43,171 nucleotides of DNA from Patescibacteria group bacterium (GTDB lineage: Bacteria > Patescibacteriota > Minisyncoccia > Phycocordibacterales > JBBUBG01). The translations under genes were made by a program, and so were the position numbers. Shown in pieces: positions 18,159-26,957 of the stretch; position 1 is the stretch's first letter; the number at the start of each line of letters is the position of its first letter. The stretch is taken from the NCBI GenBank assembly GCA_040384765.1, contig JAZKIQ010000010.1, positions 1-43,171 of the forward strand, in the 5' to 3' direction. The notes beneath the pieces are model-generated. The model did not search any database, had not been told where the DNA came from, and saw only the letters and a list, made by a program, of their open reading frames with translations.

Positions 18159-18275
18159 TTTCTGTCCTTTTTTCGTGAGAGACACGCATTGTTTAGGACA
18201 GTATATAGGCCGAGGGCAAAGATGCAACGCCTCTTTTCGCGCCAGTGCTCCTAATCTGTTACCATACAAAGGTAT

Positions 18276-18443
18276 TGAGATCCTGTTCAGTATCTCGTGG
18301 CACCCTCCCAGAAAAAGCAGGTTTTTAGGCGAGAAACGAGTCGGAGAATTTGATGTACAACAAGTACATAAAATTCGAGACGAAGTTTTGCAGCCAAAAA
18401 CAGAGCTCTTTCTGGAAGGGGGAAGATGCTGAAAAGGATCTCA
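18276..18443. repeat. 168 bp imperfect palindromic element just upstream of ftsK
   Basis: tgagatcctgttcagtatct pairs with agatgctgaaaaggatctca, and ccctcccagaaa with tttctggaaggg. The apical hairpin is atgtac-aacaa-gtacat. Confidence 0.8.
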
Positions 18444-18454
18444 GAACCTATCTC

Positions 18455-20671
18455 ATGGCAAAAAAGAGCGAACAACGCGAAAAGAGGGAGCGGAAGAATA
18501 GTGAGGGAGAGGTCGCCCCAATACCTGCACGCCTCTCAGAGCCTGCACGTCAGGCAATAGGCGCCGTAGGGAGCTTTGTGGTGGCACTCTTTCTCCTCCT
18601 CGCATCGTATGGAAAGGCTGGACTTGCAGGAGGCATAACCTATGAATACCTTGGGCTCCTCTTTGGCGCGGGGTATTTTATTCTTCCTCTCGTTGCACTC
18701 CTCTTTGGCGGCTCATATCTCCAAAAGAACACGGAGCACCTCTTTGGAAACGCCCTTCTGGGAAGTGCGCTTGCCTTTATAGGAGGGCTTGGCGTGGTAG
18801 AGATACTCTTTATCGGAAAAGGGGGAGTGGTGGGTGCCTTTATCGCAGGGGTATTGGTAAAGCTTCTGGGAATTCAAGTGGGCCTCACTCTCTCTTCAGC
18901 GCTCATTGTTGTTGCAATACTTATTATGTTTGAGAGCAAGCTTTCACTTGAGTGGTCGCTCTTTGGCAAAAAAATAGGAGTGGCGAACGATGCGGGTGAC
19001 TCTCTGCAGGACGAGCTTCCTCTTACCTCAAGCGACGATGACATGGCATTCCTTGCTCGTGCACGCGAAGAGAAGCGCGCAAAAGAAGAGGCTGAGCGGG
19101 GAGGCATCGAAGCACGCGCAAAAAAGCAGCCGCTCAACATAAAGACAGGAGAAGTGATCGAGGAGGGCAGCGAGGCGGGTATTTCGCTCGGCACAAAATC
19201 GGGAGGTGCCTACACACCTCCTCCACTCTCCCTTCTTGAAAAAGATTCTGGAAAAGCGCAGGTCGGCGACATTAAGGCAAACGCAAACATCATCAAGCGC
19301 ACCCTCGCAAACTTCGGCATTGATGTAGAGATGGATGAAATTTCGATCGGCCCTTCGGTGACACGCTACGCCCTCAAGCCAGCAGAAGGGGTAAAGCTTT
19401 CGCGCATCTCAGCACTGCAGGACAACCTGGCACTCGCGCTCGCCGCCCCATCGCTGCGCATCGAAGCGCCAATCCCTGGAAAGTCGCTTGTGGGCATTGA
19501 GGTCCCAAACCACACCAAAACCACCGTAGGCCTGGGCACACTCCTCTCTTCGCGAGAGTTTCAAGACTCCCCTCACCCACTTTTTATCGCACTCGGAAAG
19601 GGACTTTCGGGATCTGCTCACTTTGCGAACCTTGCAAAGGCACCCCACATGCTGATCGCTGGAGCAACTGGCTCTGGAAAGTCAGTAACAATCCAGTCGA
19701 TCATCGTGTCGCTCATCTACCGGAACTCCCCTGACGCGCTTCGCTTTATCATGGTCGACCCAAAGCGTGTAGAGCTTACTCTCTACAACGGCATCCCCCA
19801 TCTCCTCACCCCGGTCATTACTGATGCAAAAAAAGCTATCCTTGCCCTTAAATGGGCAGCAAAAGAGATGGAACGCCGCTACGGAATCCTCGAGGCATGC
19901 GCTGTCCGCGATATTCAGTCGTATCACAAAAATGTGAATGCTGAGCCGATGCCGTATATTGTTGTCGTGATCGATGAGCTCGCCGATATCATGTCTAGCT
20001 ACCCTCGCGAGCTTGAAGCGGGCATCGTGCGCCTCGCTCAGATGTCTCGCGCCGTGGGTATTCACCTTATCCTTTCAACCCAACGACCTTCCGTAGAGGT
20101 GATCACGGGTCTCATCAAGGCAAACATTCCATCACGTATCGCGCTCCAGGTGCCTTCGCAGATCGACTCACGCACCATTATTGATATGCCGGGAGCCGAG
20201 AAGCTGCTCGGACAGGGCGATATGCTCTACCTTGGAGGCGACATGGCAAAGCCAGGGCGTATTCAGTCGACCTACATATCAGAGAACGAAGTAAAAGGCG
20301 TCGCCAAGTTTATTAGGGAACACTCGTACGAGATTCCACCTTCAGAGATTAATCTCACGGGAGAAAACGGAAAGACCGATGCGCTCTTCTCTGCAACAAT
20401 CGATGGTACTGCGATGGACGACGAGCCAGATGACGATCTGTACGAAGAAGCGCGCGAACTCGTGGTAGCATCGGGAAAAGCTTCCACCTCATACCTGCAG
20501 CGCCGTCTCAAAGTGGGCTATGCCCGCGCAGCGCGCCTCATCGACATTCTTGAAGAAAAAGGAGTTGTAGGCCCAGGTGACGGCGCAAAACCTCGCGATG
20601 TATACGGAGCAAAAGAACCTGCCGCATTTGGCGACGCGAATGAATCAAATCTCCCAGACGACACCCTCTAA
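18455..20671 (+). CDS. ftsK: DNA translocase FtsK/SpoIIIE
   Basis: N-terminal TMs, PHMLIAGATGSGKS, VVVIDELADIM, and gamma domain STSYLQRRLKVGYARAARLID. Start taken at MAKKSEQ. Confidence 0.97.
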   Translation: MAKKSEQREKRERKNSEGEVAPIPARLSEPARQAIGAVGSFVVALFLLLASYGKAGLAGGITYEYLGLLFGAGYFILPLVALLFGGSYLQKNTEHLFGNALLGSALAFIGGLGVVEILFIGKGGVVGAFIAGVLVKLLGIQVGLTLSSALIVVAILIMFESKLSLEWSLFGKKIGVANDAGDSLQDELPLTSSDDDMAFLARAREEKRAKEEAERGGIEARAKKQPLNIKTGEVIEEGSEAGISLGTKSGGAYTPPPLSLLEKDSGKAQVGDIKANANIIKRTLANFGIDVEMDEISIGPSVTRYALKPAEGVKLSRISALQDNLALALAAPSLRIEAPIPGKSLVGIEVPNHTKTTVGLGTLLSSREFQDSPHPLFIALGKGLSGSAHFANLAKAPHMLIAGATGSGKSVTIQSIIVSLIYRNSPDALRFIMVDPKRVELTLYNGIPHLLTPVITDAKKAILALKWAAKEMERRYGILEACAVRDIQSYHKNVNAEPMPYIVVVIDELADIMSSYPRELEAGIVRLAQMSRAVGIHLILSTQRPSVEVITGLIKANIPSRIALQVPSQIDSRTIIDMPGAEKLLGQGDMLYLGGDMAKPGRIQSTYISENEVKGVAKFIREHSYEIPPSEINLTGENGKTDALFSATIDGTAMDDEPDDDLYEEARELVVASGKASTSYLQRRLKVGYARAARLIDILEEKGVVGPGDGAKPRDVYGAKEPAAFGDANESNLPDDTL

Positions 20672-21032
20672 AGGCCCTCTTCGCTCAATAGAAAAAGACC
20701 GGGGTCGTTTTACGCGCATCATAGTACTCCTTGTAGCGATTGGGATCGCTATTTTTGGTGCCACACGCATTGCAACCCTCGTGCAGGGGCCTGAAATCAG
20801 CATCGAATACCCGACCGATGGCACTCGGATACACGACCAGACCCTCAAAGTGCTTGGCAGAGCACAGAACATCTCGAGCCTTTATATGAACGGCCACCCT
20901 GTCTACACCGACTCATACGGCTACTTTGACGAAACGTTGCTCGTGCCACCGGGCTACTCTATACTGGAAGTCACCGCGAAGGATCGTTTCGGCCGCACCG
21001 TGACGAAACAGATCCGAGTGATCTACAAATAA
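20640..21032 (+). CDS. Small membrane-anchored Ig-like (glucodextranase B-like) protein
   Basis: [17 protein letters not shown], then GPEISIEYP...LYMNG...[15 protein letters not shown]. Start uncertain. Confidence 0.75.
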   Translation: MNQISQTTPSKGPLRSIEKDRGRFTRIIVLLVAIGIAIFGATRIATLVQGPEISIEYPTDGTRIHDQTLKVLGRAQNISSLYMNGHPVYTDSYGYFDETLLVPPGYSILEVTAKDRFGRTVTKQIRVIYK

Positions 21033-21042
21033 CTCTCACGCA

Positions 21043-22101
21043 ATGGCCAAAAAGACCGCTCCACCGAAAGAAAAGACAAGCGAGATCGACAGCACTATCC
21101 GGGCTCTGCAAGCAAAATTTGGCGAAGGCGCCATCATGAAGCTCGGTGACAAGCCGAAAGTGGGCATCAACGCAATCCCTTCAGGCTCCATCGGCCTTGA
21201 TATTGCACTCGGCGTCTCCGGCTTCCCTCGAGGTCGCATTATCGAAATCTACGGACCAGAATCATCAGGCAAGACAACGCTTGCCTTGCACGCTATTGCT
21301 GAAGCACAGAAAAAGGGCGGCGTGTGTGCATATATTGATGCAGAGCACGCAATGGACCCAGACTACGCCCGCAAACTCGGGGTGAAGATCTAGGATCTCC
21401 TCATCTCGCAGCCAGACTATGGTGAACAGGCTCTTGAGATCTCCGAATCTCTCGTACGATCAGGCGAGATAGATATTGTCGTGATCGACTCTGTGGCCGC
21501 TCTCACGCCGAAAGACGAGATCGAAGGCGATGTTGGCGCATATCATGTAGGCAAGCAGGCCCGCCTCATGTCCCAAGCACTCCGCAAGATGACCGCAATC
21601 GTAGCCAAGTCGAAAACCGTCGTCATTTTCATCAACCAGATCCGCATGCAGATCGGCGTGATGTTCGGAAACCCAGAAACAACGCCAGGAGGAAAGGCGC
21701 TCAAGTTCTACGCATCAGTCCGTCTCGATATTCGTAAAATAGCTCAGATCAAAAAAGGCGAGGAGGTGGTGGGCAGCCGCACGCGCGTGAAGGTAGTAAA
21801 GAACAAGGTTGCCGCACCATTTCGTATTGCAGAGTTCGACATCATCTACAACGAAGGGATCTCTCCAGAAGGTGAGCTGATAGCACTTGGTGAAAAGCAG
21901 GGTCTTATCTCGAAATCGGGTGGAGCAATCTATGAGTATGGCAAAGAGAAGCTTGGCCGTGGGTACGACGCAACGCGTACCTATCTCAAAGAGCATCCGG
22001 ACCTTAAAGCTGAGCTGACACTCAAAATTAAAGAGAGTCTGGTAACAAGCCCTGTGGTGGGAAAGCCGGAAACAGAGGACGAGGGTAAACCCGAAGAGTA
22101 G
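21043..22101 (+). pseudogene. recA: recA interrupted by one in-frame TAG at codon 117 (nonsense allele, read-through or sequence error)
   Basis: Continuous frame: GPESSGKTT...YIDAEHA...[20 protein letters not shown]...VIDSVAAL...FINQIR...GGKALKFY. The TAG is at 21391-21393. Identity as recA is very secure; pseudogene status is not. Confidence 0.8.
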
Positions 22102-22110
22102 AAGGGGCTC

Positions 22111-22280
22111 GTTGGAGCTTAGCTTTTAAAACGGCTTCGGAAGCCTAAAAAAGAATAGTCGGGCTGACTTCTCGAAAATGGTCGTGGTTCCCGCACGCAC
22201 TTCGTGTCGTGCGACCACTATTTTCAGAAGCCAGCCCTTCTTTCTTTTAAAAGTTTCCTGCAGATGTTTTAAAAGCCAAC
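22111..22280. repeat. ~170 bp rod-like imperfect palindrome downstream of recA
   Basis: Nested pairs gcttttaaaac/gttttaaaagc, gggctg/cagccc, gaaaatgg/ctattttc, gtggt/accac and cgcacg/cgtgcg. Confidence 0.75.
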
Positions 22281-22308
22281 CACGCAACTCGCTTAGATCG
22301 GAAAAAGA

Positions 22309-22339
22309 AAAAGCCTGGCATTAAGATCGCCAGGCTTTT
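22309..22339. terminator. Intrinsic terminator hairpin
   Basis: aaaagcctggc-9nt-gccaggctttt between convergent genes. Confidence 0.7.
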
Positions 22340-22356
22340 CGCTACCACATGCTCGA

Positions 22357-22620
22357 CTACATGGCATCCATTGCCATATCGAACAGTTTTTTATTGTTGT
22401 AGTAAAGGAGCGGCCAGAACGCTCCACCGAGGACCACAATGAGGAGCCCAAAGAACAACACCCGAAAAATATGTGATCCGGGCTTTCCGTGCTCGGTGTA
22501 GGCGACGATGCACGCAAAGAGACTGGCGATGAACATCCAACTGAGCAAGCCACACGTCTCGACCGCCTTGTACAGATACAAGAACACCAAGACTCCAAAG
22601 AACCACTTAGTGACGAGCAT
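22357..22620 (-). CDS. Small hydrophobic membrane protein (about 3 TM)
   Basis: 87 aa, hydrophobic; GGAGGAG SD upstream. Confidence 0.6.
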   Translation of the reverse strand: MLVTKWFFGVLVFLYLYKAVETCGLLSWMFIASLFACIVAYTEHGKPGSHIFRVLFFGLLIVVLGGAFWPLLYYNNKKLFDMAMDAM

Positions 22621-22670
22621 GGACGATCTCTCCTCCGTGGAAATACGCTACCACCCTTCGCCCAAGCGTT

Positions 22671-22925
22671 TTACTTAACTGGCCCGCTCGAGCCTCGTGA
22701 GTTACCTCGATCTTTCAGAGCATCACAGAAACCGAGGAGCATCATCGGCCACAAAAGAGCCAAGAATGCCGATATCAGGAGTCCAAGCAAGCACCACCCT
22801 CCCACTCCCCATTCCTGACGATCTTCACATGAGAAGAGGCACAGGGTCAGGAACAGCCAGGCACAAAGATAGAAAACGAAAATCGACTTGCCCACAAAAA
22901 GGTAGAACTCAAAAATCCAATCCAA
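22671..22925 (-). CDS. Small hydrophobic membrane protein (2 TM)
   Basis: 84 aa with two hydrophobic stretches; AAGGGGGTG upstream of a TTG start. Confidence 0.55.
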   Translation of the reverse strand: MDWIFEFYLFVGKSIFVFYLCAWLFLTLCLFSCEDRQEWGVGGWCLLGLLISAFLALLWPMMLLGFCDALKDRGNSRGSSGPVK

Positions 22926-22992
22926 GATGCACCCCCTTGTTTAGTCTTGGCAGAGCATACATGTAATAGAATCGTCTTACAAACAAAAATGG

Positions 22993-23466
22993 CTACCTCA
23001 CATCGCTCCTAGCGCGCGCAAGGGCATCTGCGGCGTACCATGCAACGCTGGGACGGGTTGTGATACCGGCCAGCTCTGACTCAAGAAACCACCGCATGGA
23101 TGTGTGTTCATCGCTCTTCACTGGTTCATGGTCAGCAAGAACTCGGAAGTAGTACACGAAGGCCACATGCTGGTGTTCGTTTGCCTGATGGATATCGACA
23201 AACTCAGGACGCATCAAAAGCCTTGTTTCAGTGTCGACCATAGGCCGACTGCGTGAGCCATCAACAAAAGAGAGCTCCTCTTTTTTATAACCGCACTCTT
23301 CAAGGATTTCGCGATATACCGCCATATCTGTATCTTCGCCGGGGTCGATATGCCCGCCCGGAGCAAGCCAGAGTGAATATTTAGGATGCTCAACCAAAAG
23401 CACCTTGTCGTCTCTCACCAAAAAGGCAGCAATCGTCAAACAGAGCTGTTCGTGAGTATGGGCCAT
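22993..23466 (-). CDS. Nudix hydrolase
   Basis: Nudix box GGHIDPGEDTDMAVYREILEECG. Confidence 0.93.
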   Translation of the reverse strand: MAHTHEQLCLTIAAFLVRDDKVLLVEHPKYSLWLAPGGHIDPGEDTDMAVYREILEECGYKKEELSFVDGSRSRPMVDTETRLLMRPEFVDIHQANEHQHVAFVYYFRVLADHEPVKSDEHTSMRWFLESELAGITTRPSVAWYAADALARARSDVR

Positions 23467-23492
23467 CTCGCAATAGTATCAGACGAAGCAAA

Positions 23493-23834
23493 CTAAGCGC
23501 GGACGGGACCCATGCCGAAGAAAAGCACCGCATACGCTCGAATAATATCTCGAGCGAGCCAAAGACTGAGGGCAACGACAGAAAGAGCGAGGACCTGAAC
23601 CACCGACTGGGTGTGCAGAAATGCATACTGGAAAAAGCCAAATGCTGCGGCAGGGTCAGCAAGCGAAGGAGCGTTGGCGATTACGTTTCTGAGCGAAACA
23701 TACTCTTTAAGGCGCCAAAGGAGAGCGGCGGCGATAAAAGCCTTCAGGGCGGCCGGGCTCGCAACTTTGCGCACAAACCAAACCGCGTAAATACGGCGCA
23801 TGACGCTTTTTTGAAGTTGAGAAATTGATTGCAT
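23493..23834 (-). CDS. Membrane protein, candidate anti-sigma factor
   Basis: Directly downstream of the ECF sigma; LQKSVMRRIY N-terminal helix and two hydrophobic segments. Confidence 0.65.
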   Translation of the reverse strand: MQSISQLQKSVMRRIYAVWFVRKVASPAALKAFIAAALLWRLKEYVSLRNVIANAPSLADPAAAFGFFQYAFLHTQSVVQVLALSVVALSLWLARDIIRAYAVLFFGMGPVRA

Positions 23835-23843
23835 GATATTTTT

Positions 23844-23887
23844 GAGAGTTTAGTCTGACTGAAAACTGGACTCTGATCTCTAGACTC
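23844..23887. repeat. Short member of the AGAGTT/AACTCT heptamer-hairpin family
   Basis: Contains agagtttagtctgactga, identical to the core of the 24540 copy. Confidence 0.7.
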
Positions 23888-24467
23888 GATTCAGAGAACT
23901 GATGATCTTCCTGAAAAGTTGCTTGGCCCGATATACCCGGGTTTTTACGGCAGGTACGGAAAGGCTTTCCATTCGGGCAATCTCCTGGTGTGGACGCCCC
24001 TCGAGGAAGTGAAGCTCCAGCACCCGAGAGAGCTCGCGAGGCATTTTTGAAAAAACGGAGACCAAGAGATTGCGATCGAGCTCCTGCTCGCTCCACTCGA
24101 GCTGGGCGAGATCGGGTATGATATCGAACAGCTCAGGATCAAGCTTCGCGGAAAAAGGCGCGTCTTTCTTCTTTTTTTGATAAAAAGTGAAAGCCGTATT
24201 TACCAGAATCTTATAGCCCCACGATTTGAAAGAGGCCCCCGGCACAGGCTTAAAGCGCCGCGCGTTGAGATATATTTTGGTGAAGGTATCTTGCACCACA
24301 TCGTACGCCTCATCTCTCGAACCCAGAATCCGCTCTGCTTTGCGCAAAAAGGGTTCTTCGTATCTTGAGACGATATGGGCAAAATGGGCTGGGTTCTGAA
24401 TCGAAAGAGTAAGAAGCTCTTCGTCTCGAAGAGCTTCTGCCGATGGGAGTGGGTCGAACAATGCCAT
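23880..24467 (-). CDS. ECF RNA polymerase sigma factor
   Basis: Region 2 EAYDVVQDTFTKIY...FKSWGYKILVN; region 4 HQEIARMESLSVPAVKTRVYRAK. Confidence 0.95.
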   Translation of the reverse strand: MALFDPLPSAEALRDEELLTLSIQNPAHFAHIVSRYEEPFLRKAERILGSRDEAYDVVQDTFTKIYLNARRFKPVPGASFKSWGYKILVNTAFTFYQKKKKDAPFSAKLDPELFDIIPDLAQLEWSEQELDRNLLVSVFSKMPRELSRVLELHFLEGRPHQEIARMESLSVPAVKTRVYRAKQLFRKIISSLNRV

Positions 24468-24539
24468 GTTTCTGTTATATCCTATAACAGCTGGATTGCG
24501 CAAAGAGTGACAAAACGGTAGGATAATTACTCAAGCAAG

Positions 24540-24610
24540 GAGGTCAGAGCTTAGAGTTCAGAGTTTAGTCTGACTGAGCTCTAAGCTCTGATAACTGAAC
24601 TCTAAACTCT
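24540..24610. repeat. Heptamer-hairpin element immediately 5' of efp
   Basis: gaggtcagagcttagagttcagagtttagtctgactgagctctaagctctgataactgaactctaaactct-c-ATG. Confidence 0.85.
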
Positions 24611-24611
24611 C

Positions 24612-25178
24612 ATGCTCGCCTACAACGATATCACGGTCCGAAAGTTTATCGTCTTCGAAGACGAGCCTTATGAAGTGCTCGAATCGCATGTATTCCGCAA
24701 GCAGCAACGCAAGCCGGTCAATGCAACAAAGCTCAAGAACCTCATTACCGGCAAGGTAAAAGAGCACTCTTTTCATGTGAGCGACAAAGCCGAAGAGGCA
24801 GAGCTTGTAAAACGCGACGTAAAATATCTGTACGAAAACCGTGGTGAGTTTTGGTTTTGCGAGGTAAAAGACCCTTCACAGAGGTTCAAGCTCAGCGCAG
24901 ATCAGATCGGCCCAGCATCGCGATTTCTCCGACCCAACGGCCTCGTTTCGATCCAGATGTTCGGAGAGGTAATGCTTGGCGTATCGCTCCCGATCAAGAT
25001 GGAGCTCAAGGTAAAAGAAGCACCTCCGGGGATCAAGGGCGACAGCTCACGCGGAGGGATGAAACAGATCGTGCTCGAGACTGGTGCGGTAATCAACGCT
25101 CCCCTTTTCGTAAACGAAAACGACACCGTAGTCGTGAATACAGAGACTGGAGACTACGTAGAGAGGAAGTCGGCGTAG
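24612..25178 (+). CDS. efp: Elongation factor P (non-canonical loop)
   Basis: TKLKNLITG, PPGIKGD, LETGAVINAPLFVNE, VNTETGDYVER. Confidence 0.96.
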   Translation: MLAYNDITVRKFIVFEDEPYEVLESHVFRKQQRKPVNATKLKNLITGKVKEHSFHVSDKAEEAELVKRDVKYLYENRGEFWFCEVKDPSQRFKLSADQIGPASRFLRPNGLVSIQMFGEVMLGVSLPIKMELKVKEAPPGIKGDSSRGGMKQIVLETGAVINAPLFVNENDTVVVNTETGDYVERKSA

Positions 25179-25216
25179 AACGCAGGTTCAAGGTGTTAGG
25201 TTCTAGGTTCAGGGAA

Positions 25217-25253
25217 AAAACAAAAACCCGCCATTATGGCGGGTTTTTGTTTT
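25217..25253. terminator. Bidirectional terminator, 18 bp perfect arms
   Basis: aaaacaaaaacccgccat-t-atggcgggtttttgtttt between convergent genes. Confidence 0.85.
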
Positions 25254-25578
25254 AGGCTGCTTTTTTGAGCTCCTCTACCCCTCCTTCCCCATCCTCCCTT
25301 GCCTTGAATACGATCTCACCTCGAGCAGCTGCTTCCCTCTTCTTGGCCTCTACCTCTTCTTCGTGCTCGCCTACAACAGACCGTGCATGCTGCGCAAGCT
25401 CCGCATATCTCCCCGGCTCGGGCTTTTCGAAGTGGCCTCCGGCTACTGCCTGGTCAAGATCGACAACCGCCCCCGTTTTAAGGAGTTCTGTTATATCTGG
25501 ATTGAGAGGATCGATGCTATTCTCATCATCCGAGCTTGGATTAGCCTCCAACCGGTGTGGCATATTTTCTTTTGGCAT
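25252..25578 (-). CDS. Hypothetical acidic protein
   Basis: 108 aa ORF; TATACT 6 nt before the ATG at 25578; flanked by terminators. Confidence 0.7.
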   Translation of the reverse strand: MPKENMPHRLEANPSSDDENSIDPLNPDITELLKTGAVVDLDQAVAGGHFEKPEPGRYAELAQHARSVVGEHEEEVEAKKREAAARGEIVFKAREDGEGGVEELKKAA

Positions 25579-25603
25579 ACGAAAAGTATAGCCCGCATTT
25601 GAA

Positions 25604-25635
25604 AACAAAACACCGCCCATGGGCGGTGTTTTGTT
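25604..25635. terminator. Perfect 32 bp palindrome terminating rpsF-ssb-rpsR
   Basis: aacaaaacaccgccca|tgggcggtgttttgtt. Confidence 0.85.
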
Positions 25636-25640
25636 AAAGG

Positions 25641-25841
25641 CTATCGTGCAATATAGGGGAGCAGTGCGAGGAAGCGAGCGCGCTTGATAGCAAGGGCAAG
25701 CTTTCTCTGATGTCGGGCGCAGATGCCAGTGCGGCTATGGGCCATAATGCGAGCATGTGGGTTCAAAAACCGCTTGAGCATCTCAACATTCTTATGATCA
25801 ACGTAACTTATGGTGTTCGTACAAAAATAGCACTGTTTCAT
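25641..25841 (-). CDS. rpsR: 30S ribosomal protein S18
   Basis: CYFC...TGICARHQRKLALAIKRARFLALLPY. Confidence 0.97.
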   Translation of the reverse strand: MKQCYFCTNTISYVDHKNVEMLKRFLNPHARIMAHSRTGICARHQRKLALAIKRARFLALLPYIAR

Positions 25842-25906
25842 GGGGTTGTAACCTTTAGAGGTAGGTTGGACCGTTTATATTTTAATTCACTCCTCGACGA
25901 TCTCTC

Positions 25907-26380
25907 CTAGAAAGGTATATCTTCTGGATTGATCGTTTCGTCGGGATACTCTATCACGTCGCCTCCGGAAGCGCTAGGTGCGCCTCGAAACTCCTGTTCT
26001 GCCCCCTCCTTACCCGGCGCAGAACCAAATCCTCCCCCGACAGCTGCACCTGGGCGTGGCCCAAGCTGGATACGCTCGGCTACGATCTCGGTGCGGTACT
26101 TCTTGGTCCCGTCGGCCTTGTCGTCCCAGCTTCGGGTCTGAATACGCCCTTCCACCATAAGCATGCTTCCCTTCTTGGCATATTTTGAAACCACGTCTGC
26201 CTGCTTGCCGAACACTACGATGTTATGAAACTGGGTATCCTCTTTCTTCACTCCGCTCGGGTCGCGCCACACTCTGTTGGTAGCAAGTCCAAAGGATGCC
26301 ACCGGAATCCCTGATGGGAGGTTGCGCATTTCAGGGTCTCGAGTGACGTTACCGATAAGGAGAGCCTTGTTGTAGTTCAT
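25907..26380 (-). CDS. ssb: Single-stranded DNA-binding protein
   Basis: NKALLIGNVTRDPEMR, VEGRIQTRSW, C-terminal EDIPF. Confidence 0.98.
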   Translation of the reverse strand: MNYNKALLIGNVTRDPEMRNLPSGIPVASFGLATNRVWRDPSGVKKEDTQFHNIVVFGKQADVVSKYAKKGSMLMVEGRIQTRSWDDKADGTKKYRTEIVAERIQLGPRPGAAVGGGFGSAPGKEGAEQEFRGAPSASGGDVIEYPDETINPEDIPF

Positions 26381-26429
26381 GCCATAATTATACCTCTATC
26401 GGGCTTGGCCCGAAACTCGAACCTCGATA

Positions 26430-26894
26430 CTAGAGTGCCACCTCTTCTGGTGCCGCTTCGGTAACCCCCTCCTCTGCCTCTGCAGCGCTCTTTGCCTCAG
26501 TTGCCTCGCGGTGAGCAAGCTTTGCTTCTGCAGCTTTTGCATCTGCAATAAGAGCCTTTTCATCTACTGAGATGAGGAGGTGGCGGAGCATGCTACCGTG
26601 CACTTCACGGCGAACGAGAATATCCTTCACTTCTGATATTTTTGATGGATTCAAACGAAAACGCATCCAGCCAAAATATCCATCCTGAAAATTAAACTTC
26701 TTGTCGCTGATCCGGCGAGGCATAGGAAAACCGAGGGGGATCATCTTAGGCGAACCCTCTTCGGTCATCTCCGCACCAAGCTTTTCAACGCCATTTTTTA
26801 CCTGAGCAGCCTCTTCTAGGGCGTTTTCAGGAGTAAGAAGCGGCATGAGAACATAGCCGATTTCGTACAGAGTTGTTTCGTTCGGTTCTTTCAT
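26430..26894 (-). CDS. rpsF: 30S ribosomal protein S6
   Basis: YEIGYVL...GYFGWMRF...MLRHLLI; rpsF-ssb-rpsR synteny. Confidence 0.9.
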   Translation of the reverse strand: MKEPNETTLYEIGYVLMPLLTPENALEEAAQVKNGVEKLGAEMTEEGSPKMIPLGFPMPRRISDKKFNFQDGYFGWMRFRLNPSKISEVKDILVRREVHGSMLRHLLISVDEKALIADAKAAEAKLAHREATEAKSAAEAEEGVTEAAPEEVAL

Positions 26895-26957
26895 TGTCGC
26901 ACTATACTACCAGATTGGAAAAAAAGCCGCAAGAATGGAGGTTTTGGGCGCCTTACT

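Noticed and set aside
17037-18454. Extended starts in the ORF track (17159, 18269, 18350; likewise 24503, 25620, 27863, 39523, 40862)
   Set aside because: They run through leaders, palindromes or neighbouring genes. Downstream ATGs fit the signal peptides, -10 boxes or SDs better.
21391-21393. Genome-wide TAG or TGA reassignment
   Set aside because: Conserved C-termini end at TAG (ssb, rplL, efp, rpsR), other genes end at TGA, and no other gene is interrupted.
26396-26430. GGTTCGAG T-loop-like motif on the minus strand
   Set aside because: The gap is too short and has no cloverleaf, so it is not a tRNA.
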